The notes beneath the pieces were generated by a model that did no database searches, was not told where the DNA came from, and saw only the letters and a list, made by a program, of their open reading frames with translations. From contig OZ024741.1 of assembly GCA_964016885.1 (NCBI GenBank), forward strand, positions 338,892,001 through 338,956,000: 64,000 nucleotides of DNA, in the 5' to 3' direction. The position numbers were made by a program, and so were the translations under genes. This DNA comes from Eledone cirrhosa. Its lineage: Eukaryota. How positions within the stretch are numbered: the first letter of the stretch is position 1; the number at the start of each line of letters is the position of its first letter. Shown here piece by piece: positions 13,620 to 27,062 of this stretch.

Positions 13620-14615
13620 TAATTAAGAATGTAGGATTCACATGCAGCAGCTGTGCTGAAACAGCAAGCAAACAGCCACAGGAAACAAGTACCACCAATC
13701 TCTGGGAGGGCCCTGTAGAAACAGTAGACAGTTTCTGCTACCTAGGTGACCGAATTAGCAACGGAGGTGGGTGCTCAGAAAGTACAATAACTAGGGTAAG
13801 AACGGGATGGAAGAAGTTTAGGGAACTACTACCACTGCTAGCTGCAAAAGGCTTCTCCCTCAGAATGAAAGGCAGACTGTATGATGCGTGTATCCGAACA
13901 GCGATGTTGCATGGTAGTGAGACCTGGGCGCTGAAGGTGGAAGACTTACGTAGATTAGAGAGAAACGAAGCCTGCATGCTCCGATGGATGTGTAACAGTA
14001 ATATACGTGAACGACAAAGCATAAATGAATTGAGAGAGAGACTGAGCATAAGAGGAATCAAATGCTGCGTGCAGGAGAGGCGGTTACGCTGGTATGGACA
14101 TGTGATGCGTATGAAGGATGACAGCTGCATAAAAAGGTGCAGAGCACTAGAAGTTGATGGAAACCGCGGAGTGGGGAGACCCAAGATGACTTGGGATGAG
14201 GTGATAAAAGCCGACCTTACCCAACTACACCTCTCAAAGTCAATGACACACGACCGTGACTTCTGGCGTCACGCAGTAATACAGGGTACCCGACCTCCCA
14301 TGGGTACATGCTGAAGCATATAAACAATATGCCCCCCCCCCCCACCGCAAGGTGGTCGTGGAGGTGCCACGGCAAAAAAGCACCCAGCCCACACTGTAAA
14401 GTGGACGTGTAGGCGCCACGAAAAAGCACCCAGCACTCACTGTAAATGAGGTTGGTGTTAGGAAGGGCATCCAGCTGTAGAAATCAAGCCAGATCAGTTC
14501 CTGTATGAGCAAGGCATGGTCAGCCGACCAGACACTGCCCACAACAGGACAACCCGTCTAACCCATGCTAGCGTGGAAGAACGGACGTAAAACGGTGATG
14601 ATGATGATGATGATG
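13620..14615 (+). mobile_element. RTE-clade LINE 3' fragment
   Basis: FCYLGD..GSETW..RRLRWYGHVMR..GRPKMTW, then 3'UTR and (GAT)n. Confidence 0.88.
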
Positions 14616-15641
14616 ACTTACTCACCATTATAACTTCAACTACCACCACCACGACTACTACTATTATCAACAACTGTATTCTGTGCTTATTTTTTACTTA
14701 TTTTTTACATCTTTATCATTTTCATTTTCACTTCTTTATTATTATCTTTTATTATTATCTTTTATTATTGATGTTATTGTTTTCATTCACTTGATTCTCC
14801 AATGTATCTATAAATACCAATGCCATGTGTTACACCCTCCAGTATTCCGGTGATTTGATCAGAGACACACACTGTATTTAAGGTTGAGTGATGCAACTTC
14901 AAGTGATTAGCGGCCTTTAAACTCACCTGATCAGTGAAACAATTGTTAATACTGTAAATAAAACCCTTTTTGTACAGTCGACCATGTTATTCTTCACTCT
15001 TTCACTATATATATATATATAGTATTAACATATAAGAAACAAAGAATCAGCATTGCATCATATACATATTTATTACATATTACATATGATACTCTGCTCC
15101 CCAAGAGCATTGAGTGCTCACCTGGCATACTGCCTACGGACGCAATTAACTTGGACCTTAACACACACACACACATATATATATATAGAGAGAGAGTGAG
15201 ATATCCCTCTAGCCTTAGTAAGCAGGGAAAATAGATGTTAAACAGTGATGATGATGATGATGATATGTATGTGTATGTGTATGTGTGTTTATTTGTGTGT
15301 ATATATTTGTGTGTGTATATTTGTGTGTGTGTGTTGATTTATTATTAAGTTATACATAAAATAGACAACTTTTCCATTACTTCTCTGGTGAATATCAGTT
15401 ATTAAATGGACATCAGCTGGTTTATGAGAGAATGTAGTTGGATGTGATACCTTTGGGTAATTGTTCCCACCATTTGCATTCAGAATTTAAATCCCAATAA
15501 AGCTTATTTGGGTGGGAGACTTAATCTGTTACCTGATTTAACACCACCACATAGTCTTCGGGTGGTAAACTTAATCTGTCACCTGGTATAACACCACTCC
15601 CTGGTCTTTGGGTGGTAGATTTAAGCAGTCACCTAGTTTAA

Positions 15642-15843
15642 CCCTTTAGCATTTAAACCAGCTACATCCGGTCAGGATTCTCTCACCTCTTTCTGTTCAA
15701 ACTGGTTGTAACTGGTAGCTCATACTGATGTTAAGATATGGTTCTCAAAATAAATAATATCATAATCTCGTAGATTTGGTATTATGTGAGATAAAGCCTT
15801 TACACAAAAATACAATAGTATATATAATGTAAATGCTAAAGGC
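15642..15843. mobile_element. piggyBac-like MITE
   Basis: TTAA-CCCTTTAGCATTTA ... TAAATGCTAAAGG-CTAA. Confidence 0.6.
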
Positions 15844-16625
15844 TAACTCTGCCTCTTGGTTTTTGGGTCCCTTTTGTAGATACCATTCTGTTTCAAGAAT
15901 TCAGACCAGGTTTCAGGTTTTAGGATAACTTATTCCCCAACCTAATTTTAAAGATCTTGGAAGGGCCATGGGTACTGCTCTTCCCTCCTTGACTAAACAG
16001 TAAAGAAAAACATAAATGAATTATATATACTAGCAGAAAAACATTAATGCATTATATATACTAGCAGAAAAACCACCCTTTGGGTGGTTTTCTGCTAGCA
16101 TGTGTAGTGTGTATATTGATATTATACGCAAGTATATATACATGTAGATATGATACATCAAATAAAATCGTAATTGACAATATACACAGAAATTGAACGA
16201 AGACTGCGTTACACTCTCTTATGTAATGGTACATTAAAAAAAGACAATATTATATATAAACTGCATTAGGAGAAAATTAGTGACGGAAATATATGAATGG
16301 TTATTTAAGCGATTGCTAACCGAAAGTGTTGACATTTGAAAATTTTAAAGAAGTGAATCTTTAAATAAGTAATAAAATATATTTAATGAACAGCCACGAA
16401 ATTTAGTAGATAAATTATGTAATATTCATTCATTATTTATTCAAAGTAATCCAACTTATTTTATAAACGGGATAAAAAAATATATTCTGGATGCAGTCCC
16501 ACACTCCTTACTTTATTATAGTTTAGATATGTGTGAGTATGTGTGTTTGTCTAACCCTTGCAAGCATCGAAAATAGACATAAAACATTAATGATGATGAT
16601 GATGATGTTGATTATTTATATATAT

Positions 16626-16640
16626 ATTTTTCTTTTTTAG
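16626..16640 (+). promoter_or_regulatory. 3' splice acceptor upstream of protocadherin ATG (5'UTR intron)
   Basis: ATTTTTCTTTTTTAG ends 71 nt before the ATG, implying an upstream non-coding exon that I could not identify. Confidence 0.6.
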
Positions 16641-16711
16641 AATCAACCGTAAACAATGTCATATATTTTGATTGTTGGTTTAGAATTATTGGGAGATTTT
16701 AAATAAAAACT

Positions 16712-19117
16712 ATGATGCTGTCTGCATGTTTCATGTTGATGTTTCTGGAAATTAGCCATTGTGTAAACCTGATTTACCAGGTGAGAGAAGGACAGAAACC
16801 ATTCACTATGGTTGGTGATATTGCAGCAGATACTCAGTTTATGAACAGCGTTCAGACATGGAATAATAAGAACCTGATTACCTTCAAGCAATTACAAGAC
16901 AGTGAAAATCTCAATCACAAGAAATTGTTTAATGTTTCTAATTCAGGTAAAATTTATACAACAGAAGTACTTGATGCTGAAACTCTGTGTAAGTACAACA
17001 TTGAATGTTTCCAAATTTTGGAAGTGGCTGTCAGAAAAAAACAATCTTTTATAAAAATATTGGAAGTGAAAATCATTATAATTGATGTTAATGATAATTT
17101 CCCTGAGTTTCCATTAAGAAAAGTTCATCTTGTGTTTTATGAAACTGATGGCAAAGACACAACAAAATCTATACCAAATGCCATCGACAGAGATGTTGGT
17201 TTGTTAAATTCTAAAATTACTTACCACCTCAACAAGAATATAAGTGAACCGTTCTTGTTATCTACTTCAAAGAGAGTCATTGGAAATTCAAAACTTGTTA
17301 TTATCTTACAGGGAAAACTAGACAGAGAAGTAAAGGATTCTTATAGTCTTCAGATTGTTGCCAAAGATGGAGGTACTCCATCAAAACAAGATATTTTAAA
17401 TGTCCAAATAATGGTAACTGATGAAAATGACAATGCTCCATTGTTTTCTCAAAATATTTACAATGTTTCTGTCAACAAAGCTCATCAAATTGGCAAACCA
17501 GCTGTCGTTCTATCTACCAAAGATTTAGATCTGAATAAAAATGCCAAAGTAACATACCATTTTGATTCTAAAACTTCGACTGTTGTTAAAAACCTTTTCA
17601 AACTGAATTCAGAAACAGGAGAGATATTCTTGAGCAGAAAATTTCCACTGGATAAAAGACAGACATATAAGCTTTTTATTGACGCCACAGACTCTGGAAA
17701 TCCTCCACTGAGTTCAACAGCAATCGTTCTGATAAATGTGCTTAATCAACAGAATAATGCTCCAGTTATTGATGTAAATTTTGTTTCTGATTCCAAAGGA
17801 ACAATGTTGACTATATCGGAAGGTGTTGAGATCGGTAGTTTTATAGCTTACATAAAAGTGACAGATAAAGATTCTGGTAGAAATGGAGAAGTGACATGCA
17901 ACCTTCACCATGATAAACTGCAACTCAAAAGTTTAGGCCGTGGTAAATATAAAGTTGTTGTGAAAAGTCCTGTTGACAGAGAAACTGAAAAACGTATTAA
18001 TATCAGCATTAGTTGTCGAGATAATGGCACCCCTTCGCTGGTTACGGAGAGAAAGTTCACCATTGAGGTTAGTGATGTCAACGATATTAAGCCACAGTTC
18101 ACTAAAACTATATTTAGATTTCTAACCTATGAGAATGAAGAACCTAACTTTCCTGTGGGTTTCATCAATGCTACTGACCCTGATTTAGGACCAGGAGGTC
18201 AGCTATCCTATTCTCTATTAACCAAAGCAAAAGATGTTTTACCATTTGAAATTTCCAACTATGGATTTATCTCCACAACCAAATCCTTAGATAGAGAAAC
18301 ACAAGATTTGTATAAGTTTAAAGTGTTAGTCAAAGATAATGGTGTACCATCACTTAACAACACAGCAGATGTAATGGTTGAAGTTATGGATGAGAATGAC
18401 AATGCTCCATATTTTACATTTCCTAGTGTTAACCCTTTTAAACTTAATGTTCAATATAACCCAGAGAGCCCAGCCGATATCACCATTCTGAAAGCAATGG
18501 ATAAAGATATTCGAGAAAATGCTTTCCTCCGCTATGAGATTCTCAGTGGAAATGAGAATCAGCTCTTCACCCTCACTCCTTACACTGGTGTCTTATTCTT
18601 CTCCCGTTCCATTAAGCCAAAAGACAGTAATCTATATAGACTTTTGGTAGCTGTTAAGGACAGCGGTGCTGTGGTACTTTCAGCTACAACTACACTGTCT
18701 TTGAGTTTAACTGCTAGCAATAAAACTGTGGGTAGAACTAGCAATACAAACACAATCAGTGATAGTGAAATGAGTATTAAACTTGGAGTGATAATCGTAA
18801 TAGCTGCTGTGACAATTTCTCTGACAATTATTGTTTCAATAGCCATGTGCATGGTGCAGAATAATCCCCAAAGAAATATCTACTACAACAGATCTGCCAG
18901 TGGAAATAATACAATTTGGAGTCACACAACTAAAGCTGAGTGCTTTTGCGATCAACTTCCATCTCATTATGATTCTCCAAGCACTAAATCCACCATTGTT
19001 CCAGGGAACGATAGCTATCACCTGATGAAGTTTCGAAGAGAACCATGTTCAAAATATCTATCAAATAGTTTCAACAGAAAAAATCTCTCCGGGTTTCCAT
19101 GTCAAGTGACAACAGAG
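16712..19117 (+). CDS. Protocadherin, large first coding exon (signal peptide, 6 cadherin repeats, TM, start of cytoplasmic tail)
   Basis: ORF with cadherin motifs LDAE/LDRE/VDRE, DVNDNFPEF, DENDNAPLF, DVNDIKPQF, DENDNAPYF and A.D.G.P. Hydrophobic N-terminus and TM LGVIIVIAAVTISLTIIVSIAMCMV. Consensus donor GAG|GTAAGT after 19117 (phase 0). An ectodomain in a single exon is typical of protocadherins. Confidence 0.96.
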
Positions 19118-19284
19118 GTAAGTATTACAGTTTTAGTATTATGACTTAGTATTGTATTTGACATAAGTATTATGACTTAGTATTACGTTTGACATAAGTA
19201 TCATGACTTAGTATTACATTTGACATAAGTATTATGACTCTCTCTCTTACTCTCTCGCGATAATATATATATGTATATATCCAT

Positions 19285-19490
19285 ATGTGGTTGATGGTTG
19301 AGAGAAAGGAGTTCTAAATACCGAAGTAGAGTTCTAATATTCGTTTTATTAGGGCTTAAATAGTCAGTCTTGTTACTTTGGAGTTTCACCTGTATATCAC
19401 AGGGTCATCAGAGAAGAATGATGACCCTGTGGTAAACAGGCAAAATTCCAGAGCAACAAAACTCACTATTTAATCTTAATAAAATGAATA
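19285..19490. mobile_element. Fold-back mini-element with hammerhead core, in protocadherin intron
   Basis: IR 19337-19410 / 19419-19490. The minus strand reads CTGATGA-ccctgtgatatacaggt-GAAAC. Confidence 0.75.
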
Positions 19491-20560
19491 TATATATATA
19501 TAATTCAAAATTCAATAAGACCAAGGATTAATATTATTATTATTATTTATTTATACTTCACTATCAACTGTGGAGGAAAAGCAGATATCAGTAAAAATTA
19601 CTCCATTATAAGTGCTATACTCAAAATTGTATCTCTTCAAGATAATATAATAAAAATAACTATAAATTGATGAATATCATGAGACAAATCAAGAATAATA
19701 CAAGTTTCAAAGCAATGTGCATTAGAAAAATAATAGGATTATGTGTGGATATACTTTGAGGGATATATCTGTGTGAAAAAAATGTTTTTACTGCATTACT
19801 TTACAATTGCATGAGATCTTTAACTAACTAAATATCTTCTAAACATTTTCAAATCTTTCTATGATAAGAAGTTAAAAAAATTATAAGCACTGCCATATAT
19901 ATTCTAAAAACATCATTTTAAACAACCCCTGCTGTAACCAATTAACAGTTTTAATGTATTTTAACATACTTGTGGAAAAATACTAATAATTCTTTATTTT
20001 TTTATTTTTTTATTTCTTGCTTGTCTAAAAATATACCCAAGCTTATGCTTTTGCACTTATAAATTTATACTTCCATCCTCTTTGAATGCACATTGCTTTG
20101 AATCCTGTATTATTCTTGATAATTAGGGTGTTAGCTCTAACATAGCTGTGTATATGAAGTATGTGAATTTGTATATCTAGCAACATACGGTATGTTTATA
20201 AATAAACATTTTGAATGCCTTCAGCTGTGATTTGGAAACCCTAATTTTATTTTCTGGCTGAGCCAGCCGATGGCTCTATATGCAAATGAGGCTAATCAGC
20301 CCATTTACATAGGTGTCTAAACTATTTGTTTTCACCTATATTAAGTTCCAGCAGTGAGTAGGCTAAGGTGCACAGGCTTGATAACAACCAAAGTCAGAAA
20401 TAATGATGTCATTGTCATCAGTTACCTATCCTTAGCTTCTGCAGGAATCTGCTAGATGGTGCTATGCCATTATTTTCCAAATTCATAGCTGAAGGCTTCC
20501 AAAATGTTTATGTATAAACAAACCATATATCGCTAGATATACAAATTCACACACACACAC

Positions 20561-20596
<36 letters not shown>

Positions 20597-21289
20597 TATA
20601 TAATATAAGTATAAGCAGGAACGAAGTCAAGGTTGCACCCTAAATGAACTTAATTGCATATGACGATTGTTTTGATATCAATCAACTCAGGGTTCGATCA
20701 AAATGTTCAGGCCTGTCTCTGCACCAACATCTCATCAGGTATGCATTCATAGGCACAGAACACATTCTAACTGTTGAAAGCAGTCAAGTGGTCCATTTAT
20801 GTACTTGTATTTACATTCTGCATGCTACAGCCACCTTAACCCTGAAGTACACTGACGTAAACACCCTGCATGAAACGGAAGCCTGTAATAGTATTGTGTG
20901 CTTTAATCGATAAACTTCCTGTACCTATAGTTACATACATATCTACCATATACATATATAATATATATATAATATATATAATATATATAATATATATCAG
21001 AGTACACCTGAACTTCCACGAGGAAATCTTTTGTATCATTGAAATTTTCTTTGCTTCTTGCATTTAAATATTCCACGACTCTCTACCACTTTTCCTCTAC
21101 TATAATCTTCTTACACCACCTTCTTCTGACCCGTCTATTTTTCACTCCCACCCTAGTGCCTTCAATATGCCCAATCTTAAATCTTTTCTGCGCCAGCTCC
21201 ATTATGAATGGATCTGTTATTTTTATCTAAAGACATTTTTTCCAATTCCAACCCGCCCGTCCGCTCAATCTATCTTATTTCTCATTGTT

Positions 21290-21325
21290 TCTTCTGATGA
21301 AGGACTAGCGTCCGAAACGTTAAGA
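21290..21325 (+). ncRNA. Minimal PLE-type hammerhead ribozyme
   Basis: TCTT-CTGATGA-AGGACTAGCGTCC-GAAACGTT-AAGA. Identical cores on minus at 51592-51627 and 52645-52680, mutated copy at 24098-24133. Confidence 0.75.
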
Positions 21326-21502
21326 CCCTCTTCCTGCTATATTAAGCGTTAACCTAATATATCCCTTCCATATACTGTACCAATTGTGTTGTTATTTCTG
21401 TTTACCTTTTACATATATATATATGTATATATAATCAAGGTTTAGCAAATAAGAAAAAGTTTCAAAATAAATTTCAAAAAATTCACTGTACTTACTATGG
21501 TT

Positions 21503-21589
21503 ACCTTTACCGAAACGGTTTCGAGTCTCAAAAATAAATGGACAGTCCTTGTGGGCCTCCATTGAAAAGATAAACTCTCGTCAGAAGGT
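21503..21589 (-). ncRNA. Type I hammerhead ribozyme with extended stem II
   Basis: ACCTT-CTGACGA-GAGT...ACTC-GAAA-CCG TTT CGG-TA-AAGGT. All three stems pair, the core is intact and the cleavage triplet is GUA. Confidence 0.8.
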
Positions 21590-21959
21590 TCTTTTCACTC
21601 GGAGAATATAAAATTCTCGAGTTTGAATTACGAACTGGCGCTATTCAAAATTGTTCCCGAGATGAGAATGAATGATGTGGAAGCAATTTTGTCCAGTGCC
21701 GTGTGCAAAGATAGAAGGCAGAGGCAGGGAGGTCAATCTACCACCACTATAAATAGCAGTAGTCAAAACGACCAAATTTTATCTCGACCAGGGGGAGATT
21801 AATAATAATAAAGTATATATCCCTACACGCAATATGAATAAACATTGTTGTCTCAATTCAGACAAAGAGAAAATATATTTGAATTCATTGAAAAATGAGA
21901 AAATTCATTGCTAGAACAGCTGTTGAAACAACCAAATGCTGTCAAAGATACTGATGTAG

Positions 21960-23003
21960 GCTAAAATACTTCAAAGGACAGAGACCAATGGCCAGTGGTT
22001 GGCAGAGAGACAATCCATGAGGTGGGTGACAGGCAGATGACATATAGAAAAGATTAAGAAAGGAAGAGGACAAGGAGAAGTGTGTTGGCACAAGAAGTGA
22101 CTGGAAGAAGGAATTAATGAAAAGTGAAGTGTTGATGAGTAGAAAAGAGGACAAAACTCTGATTCCGTCAGGGAAATGACCATGTTTGATATGCAGAAAA
22201 GGAACTGGCATAAATTCTATAAAATGCACACAATGCAGATCCTGGGTACACAAGAGATGTAGCGGGATAGCAGGCAAACTAACAGGTAGGGAGAAATATG
22301 TATGCAGTAGATGTACAGGGAAATTAGACAGTAGAAGTTGCATTGATAGACACATTTTTCAAATGCAGGCGGGTGCTATAGAAGTGGTGGATAGCTTCCG
22401 GTACCTAGGAGATCAGATTAGCATGGGAGGAGGGTGTTCTGAGGCCATAGTATCTAGAATAAGGATGGGTTGGAAGAAGTTTATGGAGCTGCTTCCTCTG
22501 CTGACGAAGAAGGGTTTCTCCCTGCGTACGAAAGGCCGGTTATATGATGCCTGTGTGAGGAGCGCGATGTTGCATGGTAGTGAGACATGGGCAGCAACTG
22601 CAGAGGATATGCGACAGCTGGAGAGAAATGAGGCAAGCATGCTCTGTTGGATGTGCAGTGTCAATGTGCGTGAACGACCCAGCATGAATGTGTTGAGAGA
22701 GAAACTGTCTGAGAGGGATAGAATGTAGTGTGCGAGAGAGGAGACTGCGGTGGTATGGACATGTGATGCGCATGGAGGATGACTGATGGGTGAAGAAGTG
22801 CCAGGAAATGCCAGTTGAAGGAAGACATGGTAGAGGTAGACCACGAAAAACATGGGCAGAGGTGGTGAGAACAGACCTCAGATCGCTGAAGCTCACGGTG
22901 GAGATGACGAAGGACCGTGACAAGTGGAGAGATGCTGTACTGAATAAGACCAGTCCCACCCTTGCAAGCAGGGAAGGGCGGACGTAAAATGATGATGATG
23001 ATG
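21960..23003 (+). mobile_element. RTE-clade LINE 3' fragment
   Basis: NSIKCTQCRSWVHKRCSGI, FRYLGD, GSETW and GRGRPRKTW, with a (GAT)n tail. Confidence 0.88.
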
Positions 23004-23858
23004 ATATATATATATAAATATCCAGATCTATGAAAATATATTAAAGATAACAATTCCTATGTGGTATTTAAATGCTGTTCTTAACTTTAGTTCTTAACAA
23101 CATGAATCCATTTAAATGTTGTAGCATCATTGTGCTCACTGGACAAATCCGATTTATTCTTCCACTGTCCAAGACATTAATTGTCAGTTGGTCAGATGTT
23201 CTGAATCTAATTAAAAGTAATTGAACAAAATGGACCATTATTTTGTGGGGTTCATTGTTCTTTGCATCCATTGCTTTGTATAATTGGAAGAAATAATCAT
23301 TTTGACGAAATAATGATTTATAACTCTGTTACAAGGTTTTCAAGGATATAGATACACACGTACATATCTATATACTTTATGTATAAACTACACCCATCAC
23401 TCACAATTGAGTAGGACTTTGTACTATGTACATATGCTTTTGCTAAAGTGCCCTCATAGACACAGATACCCTCTTGATCCTTCTTCACTTAATCCAGTGA
23501 AACATCCAGAACATGATAGCTAAAAGGAAGAGAGAGAGAGGAAGGAAAGATTGCACCAATACTGGGCTGGTACTTTCTTTATCGGTCTCAAAAGGATGAA
23601 AGGCAAAGTGGACTATAGCAGGTTATGAACTCAGAATGCAGAGATCCAGAAGAAGTAGCCAAATCAACCACCATACATTCTCTCTCTCTCCATATATATA
23701 TATATAACAAAGGAATTGTGGTAAGGAACCAGATGGACCATAACGCACCAGAGTACTCAATACTTAGGATAGTAGAGTGAGAAATAGGATTCTGGACTAG
23801 TAGTCCAGAAATAGCCGTTGAAACGGCTTGAGCTCTGCCGTCGGGGTCATACTTTTTC

Positions 23859-23889
<31 letters not shown>

Positions 23890-23972
23890 TTACATCTCCA
23901 TATTATTACATCGAGATTGACCATACGGAATGACCAGCTCTATCCAGTGGTGAACCTTCAAACCTAAATAAA

Positions 23973-24004
<32 letters not shown>

Positions 24005-25092
24005 AAAGGTAAACAGAAATAACAAAAATAACAAAACAAATGGCACAGTACATGGAAGGAACACATCAGTTTAACGCTTGAAATACCAGGAAGAGAGTCT
24101 TAACGTTTTGGACGTCAGTCCTTCATCAGAAGAAAGAATGAGGAATTAAAGAAGAAATAAAAAGATTGTGGAGGTGTGCAGCGCAAAAAAAATTTTTTTT
24201 AGAGAAAAATAACAGGTCCATTCATGTCGCCATCTCCTGAAAAACTGTTGATGCTGGCGTTTTGTGTATAATATACTTTTTTTGAAAAGTTTATGATGGA
24301 GTGCGTCTATCTGAAAGGGAATACACCCACACCCACATCCACACACACACACACACACATATATACTCATTAAAAAAAACATTCTTCATTTGTGTTCACT
24401 CTAATCCTGTTATCTTATGCAACTAATTCTGCAATTAACACCTCATGAAATCACCTAAGTCTTGCATCTTGATCTGATGATGAAACTGGGCCATCGGAAT
24501 ATGTATAGTATTTTCGTAAAATTAAAACCCTAAAGAAAGTTTCCAGTTTGGCCTGCTGTTGTTTTTAATGAATACTTAACTTCATTCCTGCATTAGTCAC
24601 GGGATACCACATCTACGATGGATGATTTGCATAACATTGAGTGCTTTAATTTATTGCATCATTATTTACTAACCAGAATCACCAGTTCTACCCATTGGTA
24701 AACAACCTAACATAAATGATATATATAAAGCCTTCCAACATACCTCATTGTCAGAGCTAGACGAACTTCGAAACAGAAGGTAATCTGGAGGAGAAAGATA
24801 TGGAAGTTTAAAAAGCCCTCAGCCAGTAACAAATTTAGAGATATTTTGCTCAACATCTACGAGAATAAGGAAGAACAAATGGAGACATTCAATATAGAAG
24901 AGCATTGGGAGTTCCTGAAAGATAGTCTGCTGAAGGCGACATACGAGATCTGTGGATGGAGCAGGGCTACAGTGAAAAGGAGATGAAAGGCAATTAAGGC
25001 CAAGAGACAGGCATGGAAAAAATAGAAGAATGGGGAAAGCAGGATACTTACTTTCGGGTTTTATTTGTCAATGTACCTATATATATATGTGT

Positions 25093-25540
25093 GAAGGCGC
25101 ATGTTTTAGTGGTTAGAACATTGGGCTTGCAATCGAAAGGTTGTGAGTTCAATTCTCGGACCGGCTGATGTGTTGTTTCCTTGAGCAAGACACTTTATTT
25201 CACACTGCTCCAGTTTACTCAGCTGTAGAAATGAGATGATAGGACTGGGGTCCCTATCATTCCACTGCAAAGTGGTCGTGGAGGTGCCACGGCAAAAAAG
25301 CACCCAGCACTCACTGTAAAGTGGTGGTGTAGACTCCAAGGAAAAAAAAGCACCCAACACTCACTGTAAATGAGGTTGGTGTTAGAAAGGGCATCCAGCT
25401 GTAGAAATCAAGCAAGAGTCAGTTCTGTATGAGCAAGACAAGGTCAGCTGACAGGACAACTGCCCACAACAGGACAACCCGTCTAACCCATGCTGGCGTG
25501 GAAGAACGGACATAAAACGATGATGATGATGATGATGATG
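25093..25540 (+). mobile_element. tRNA-derived SINE with RTE-type 3' tail (other copies 47612-47885 -, 47987-48366 +; related heads 29306-29430, 53630-53700)
   Basis: TAGTGGTTAG..GAGTTCAATTC head, central CCTTGAGCAAGACACTT domain, and a tail shared with the RTE 3'UTR (GGGCATCCAGCTGTAGAA..AACCCATGC..(GAT)n). Confidence 0.82.
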
Positions 25541-25546
25541 ATATAT

Positions 25547-25832
25547 ATATAGAATGGAAAACGAAAAATCAGTGATGCATCGGAACTCAATTTATTGTGT
25601 GTTACAATTGTTTCCCCAGCGAACAGCTCGAGGTGCGATCTGTGTGTGGATCGACCTGACTCCACACACAGACGCACCTCGAGCTGTTCACCGGGGAAAC
25701 AATTGTAACACAATAAATTGAGTTCAGATGCATCACTAATTTTTTGTTTTCCATTCTATAATACTCTGCTCCGTAGGAGCATAGAGTGCTCAACCAGCAT
25801 ACCACCAATGGAAGCATCTTAGCTACCATTAG
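25547..25832. mobile_element. Fold-back mini-element + tail
   Basis: IR 25547-25760 with arms of about 100 bp, then TACTCTGCTCCGTAGGAGCATAGAGTGCTC. Confidence 0.8.
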
Positions 25833-27062
25833 ACATATATATATATATATATATAAATTAAAAATCGGTCTTTTACCATCTTTATGGAAGTTCATTTACT
25901 TACTTTCCAATCTTCTTATGTCATTGTATATATATATATTTATATATATATATATATATATACAATAATATATGTATACAATACATATATATATACATGG
26001 TGGCTGCCAACTCGTTTTCGAGTACAACCACTACTTTATATCCATGTAAGAGAACCCCTACCGATTCGCTGAACGAGTGTGACTTTTTAGTCCAGCCAGC
26101 GACTTGAAAACTCTGGTACAAACACTACACTTGTGACAATTATTGACACATAGTGCTGGGCCCATGGTACCATGTGTCGACAAGTGCAAAGAGATCTCCA
26201 GATATAAAGCAATGCCTGTATATATATCATCATCATCATCATCATCGTTTAACGTCCATCTTCCACGCTTGCATGGGTTTGGACGGGAGTTTTCCCACCT
26301 GAGGCAAGATTGGTTGTCCTGCTCGTATAGGACTGTCTGGCGGGTTTTCTACGGCTGGATGCCCTTCCTAACACCAACCACGTTTACAGCGTGGACTGGG
26401 AGGTTTTTACCGTGTTACCTACACGGCCACATTACAGCGTGGACTGTGTGTTTTTTTGTCGTGACACCTACACGTCTGGCAGGTTTTCTACGGCTGGATG
26501 CCCTTCCTAACACCAACCACGTTTACAGTGTGTACTGGGAGGTTTTTACCATGTTACCTACACGGCCACATTACAGCGTGGACTGTGTGTTTTTTTTTTG
26601 TCGTGACACCTACACGACCTCATTTGTTTCGGACTGGATGTTGTGGTACCAACATAACTTCACATTTAAGGGGGTGGTGTGGATGGGGTGGGGGTAGTGG
26701 GACGGGGGTGTATTTCGTTAGAGGTGCCTACTGACTGTAGGTTTCGCTTTGTACTTAGGCAAGGCGGGTCTTCTGTATATATATATATATATATATAAAC
26801 GGAAAAAATGAAACGAAATTCCACTTCCCACTCCCAGCACAGCTGTTACTTAAATATAAGTATGTACACGCACATACACATATGTATACAGACGCACAGC
26901 AGTATGTATATTCATACACACACATGCACACACATACACATGTACGCATGGATTCACCGAACATCCATTACAATGCTCGGTGTGTTTGCAAACATACATC
27001 CCGCACCAAGCCGCAGTGTCCAGCAACCACCGCTGCTCGCCTGTTCAACACTGACAAAGGAA

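Noticed and set aside
19118-19144. ORF-track C-terminus VSITVLVL* of the 810-aa protocadherin
   Set aside because: It lies after a consensus GTAAGT donor and phase-compatible downstream exons exist. Kept only as a possible retention isoform.
25093-25165. tRNA-like sequences (also 11891-11975, 29306-29365, 47810-47885)
   Set aside because: A/B boxes run directly into SINE bodies and I could not build a complete cloverleaf.
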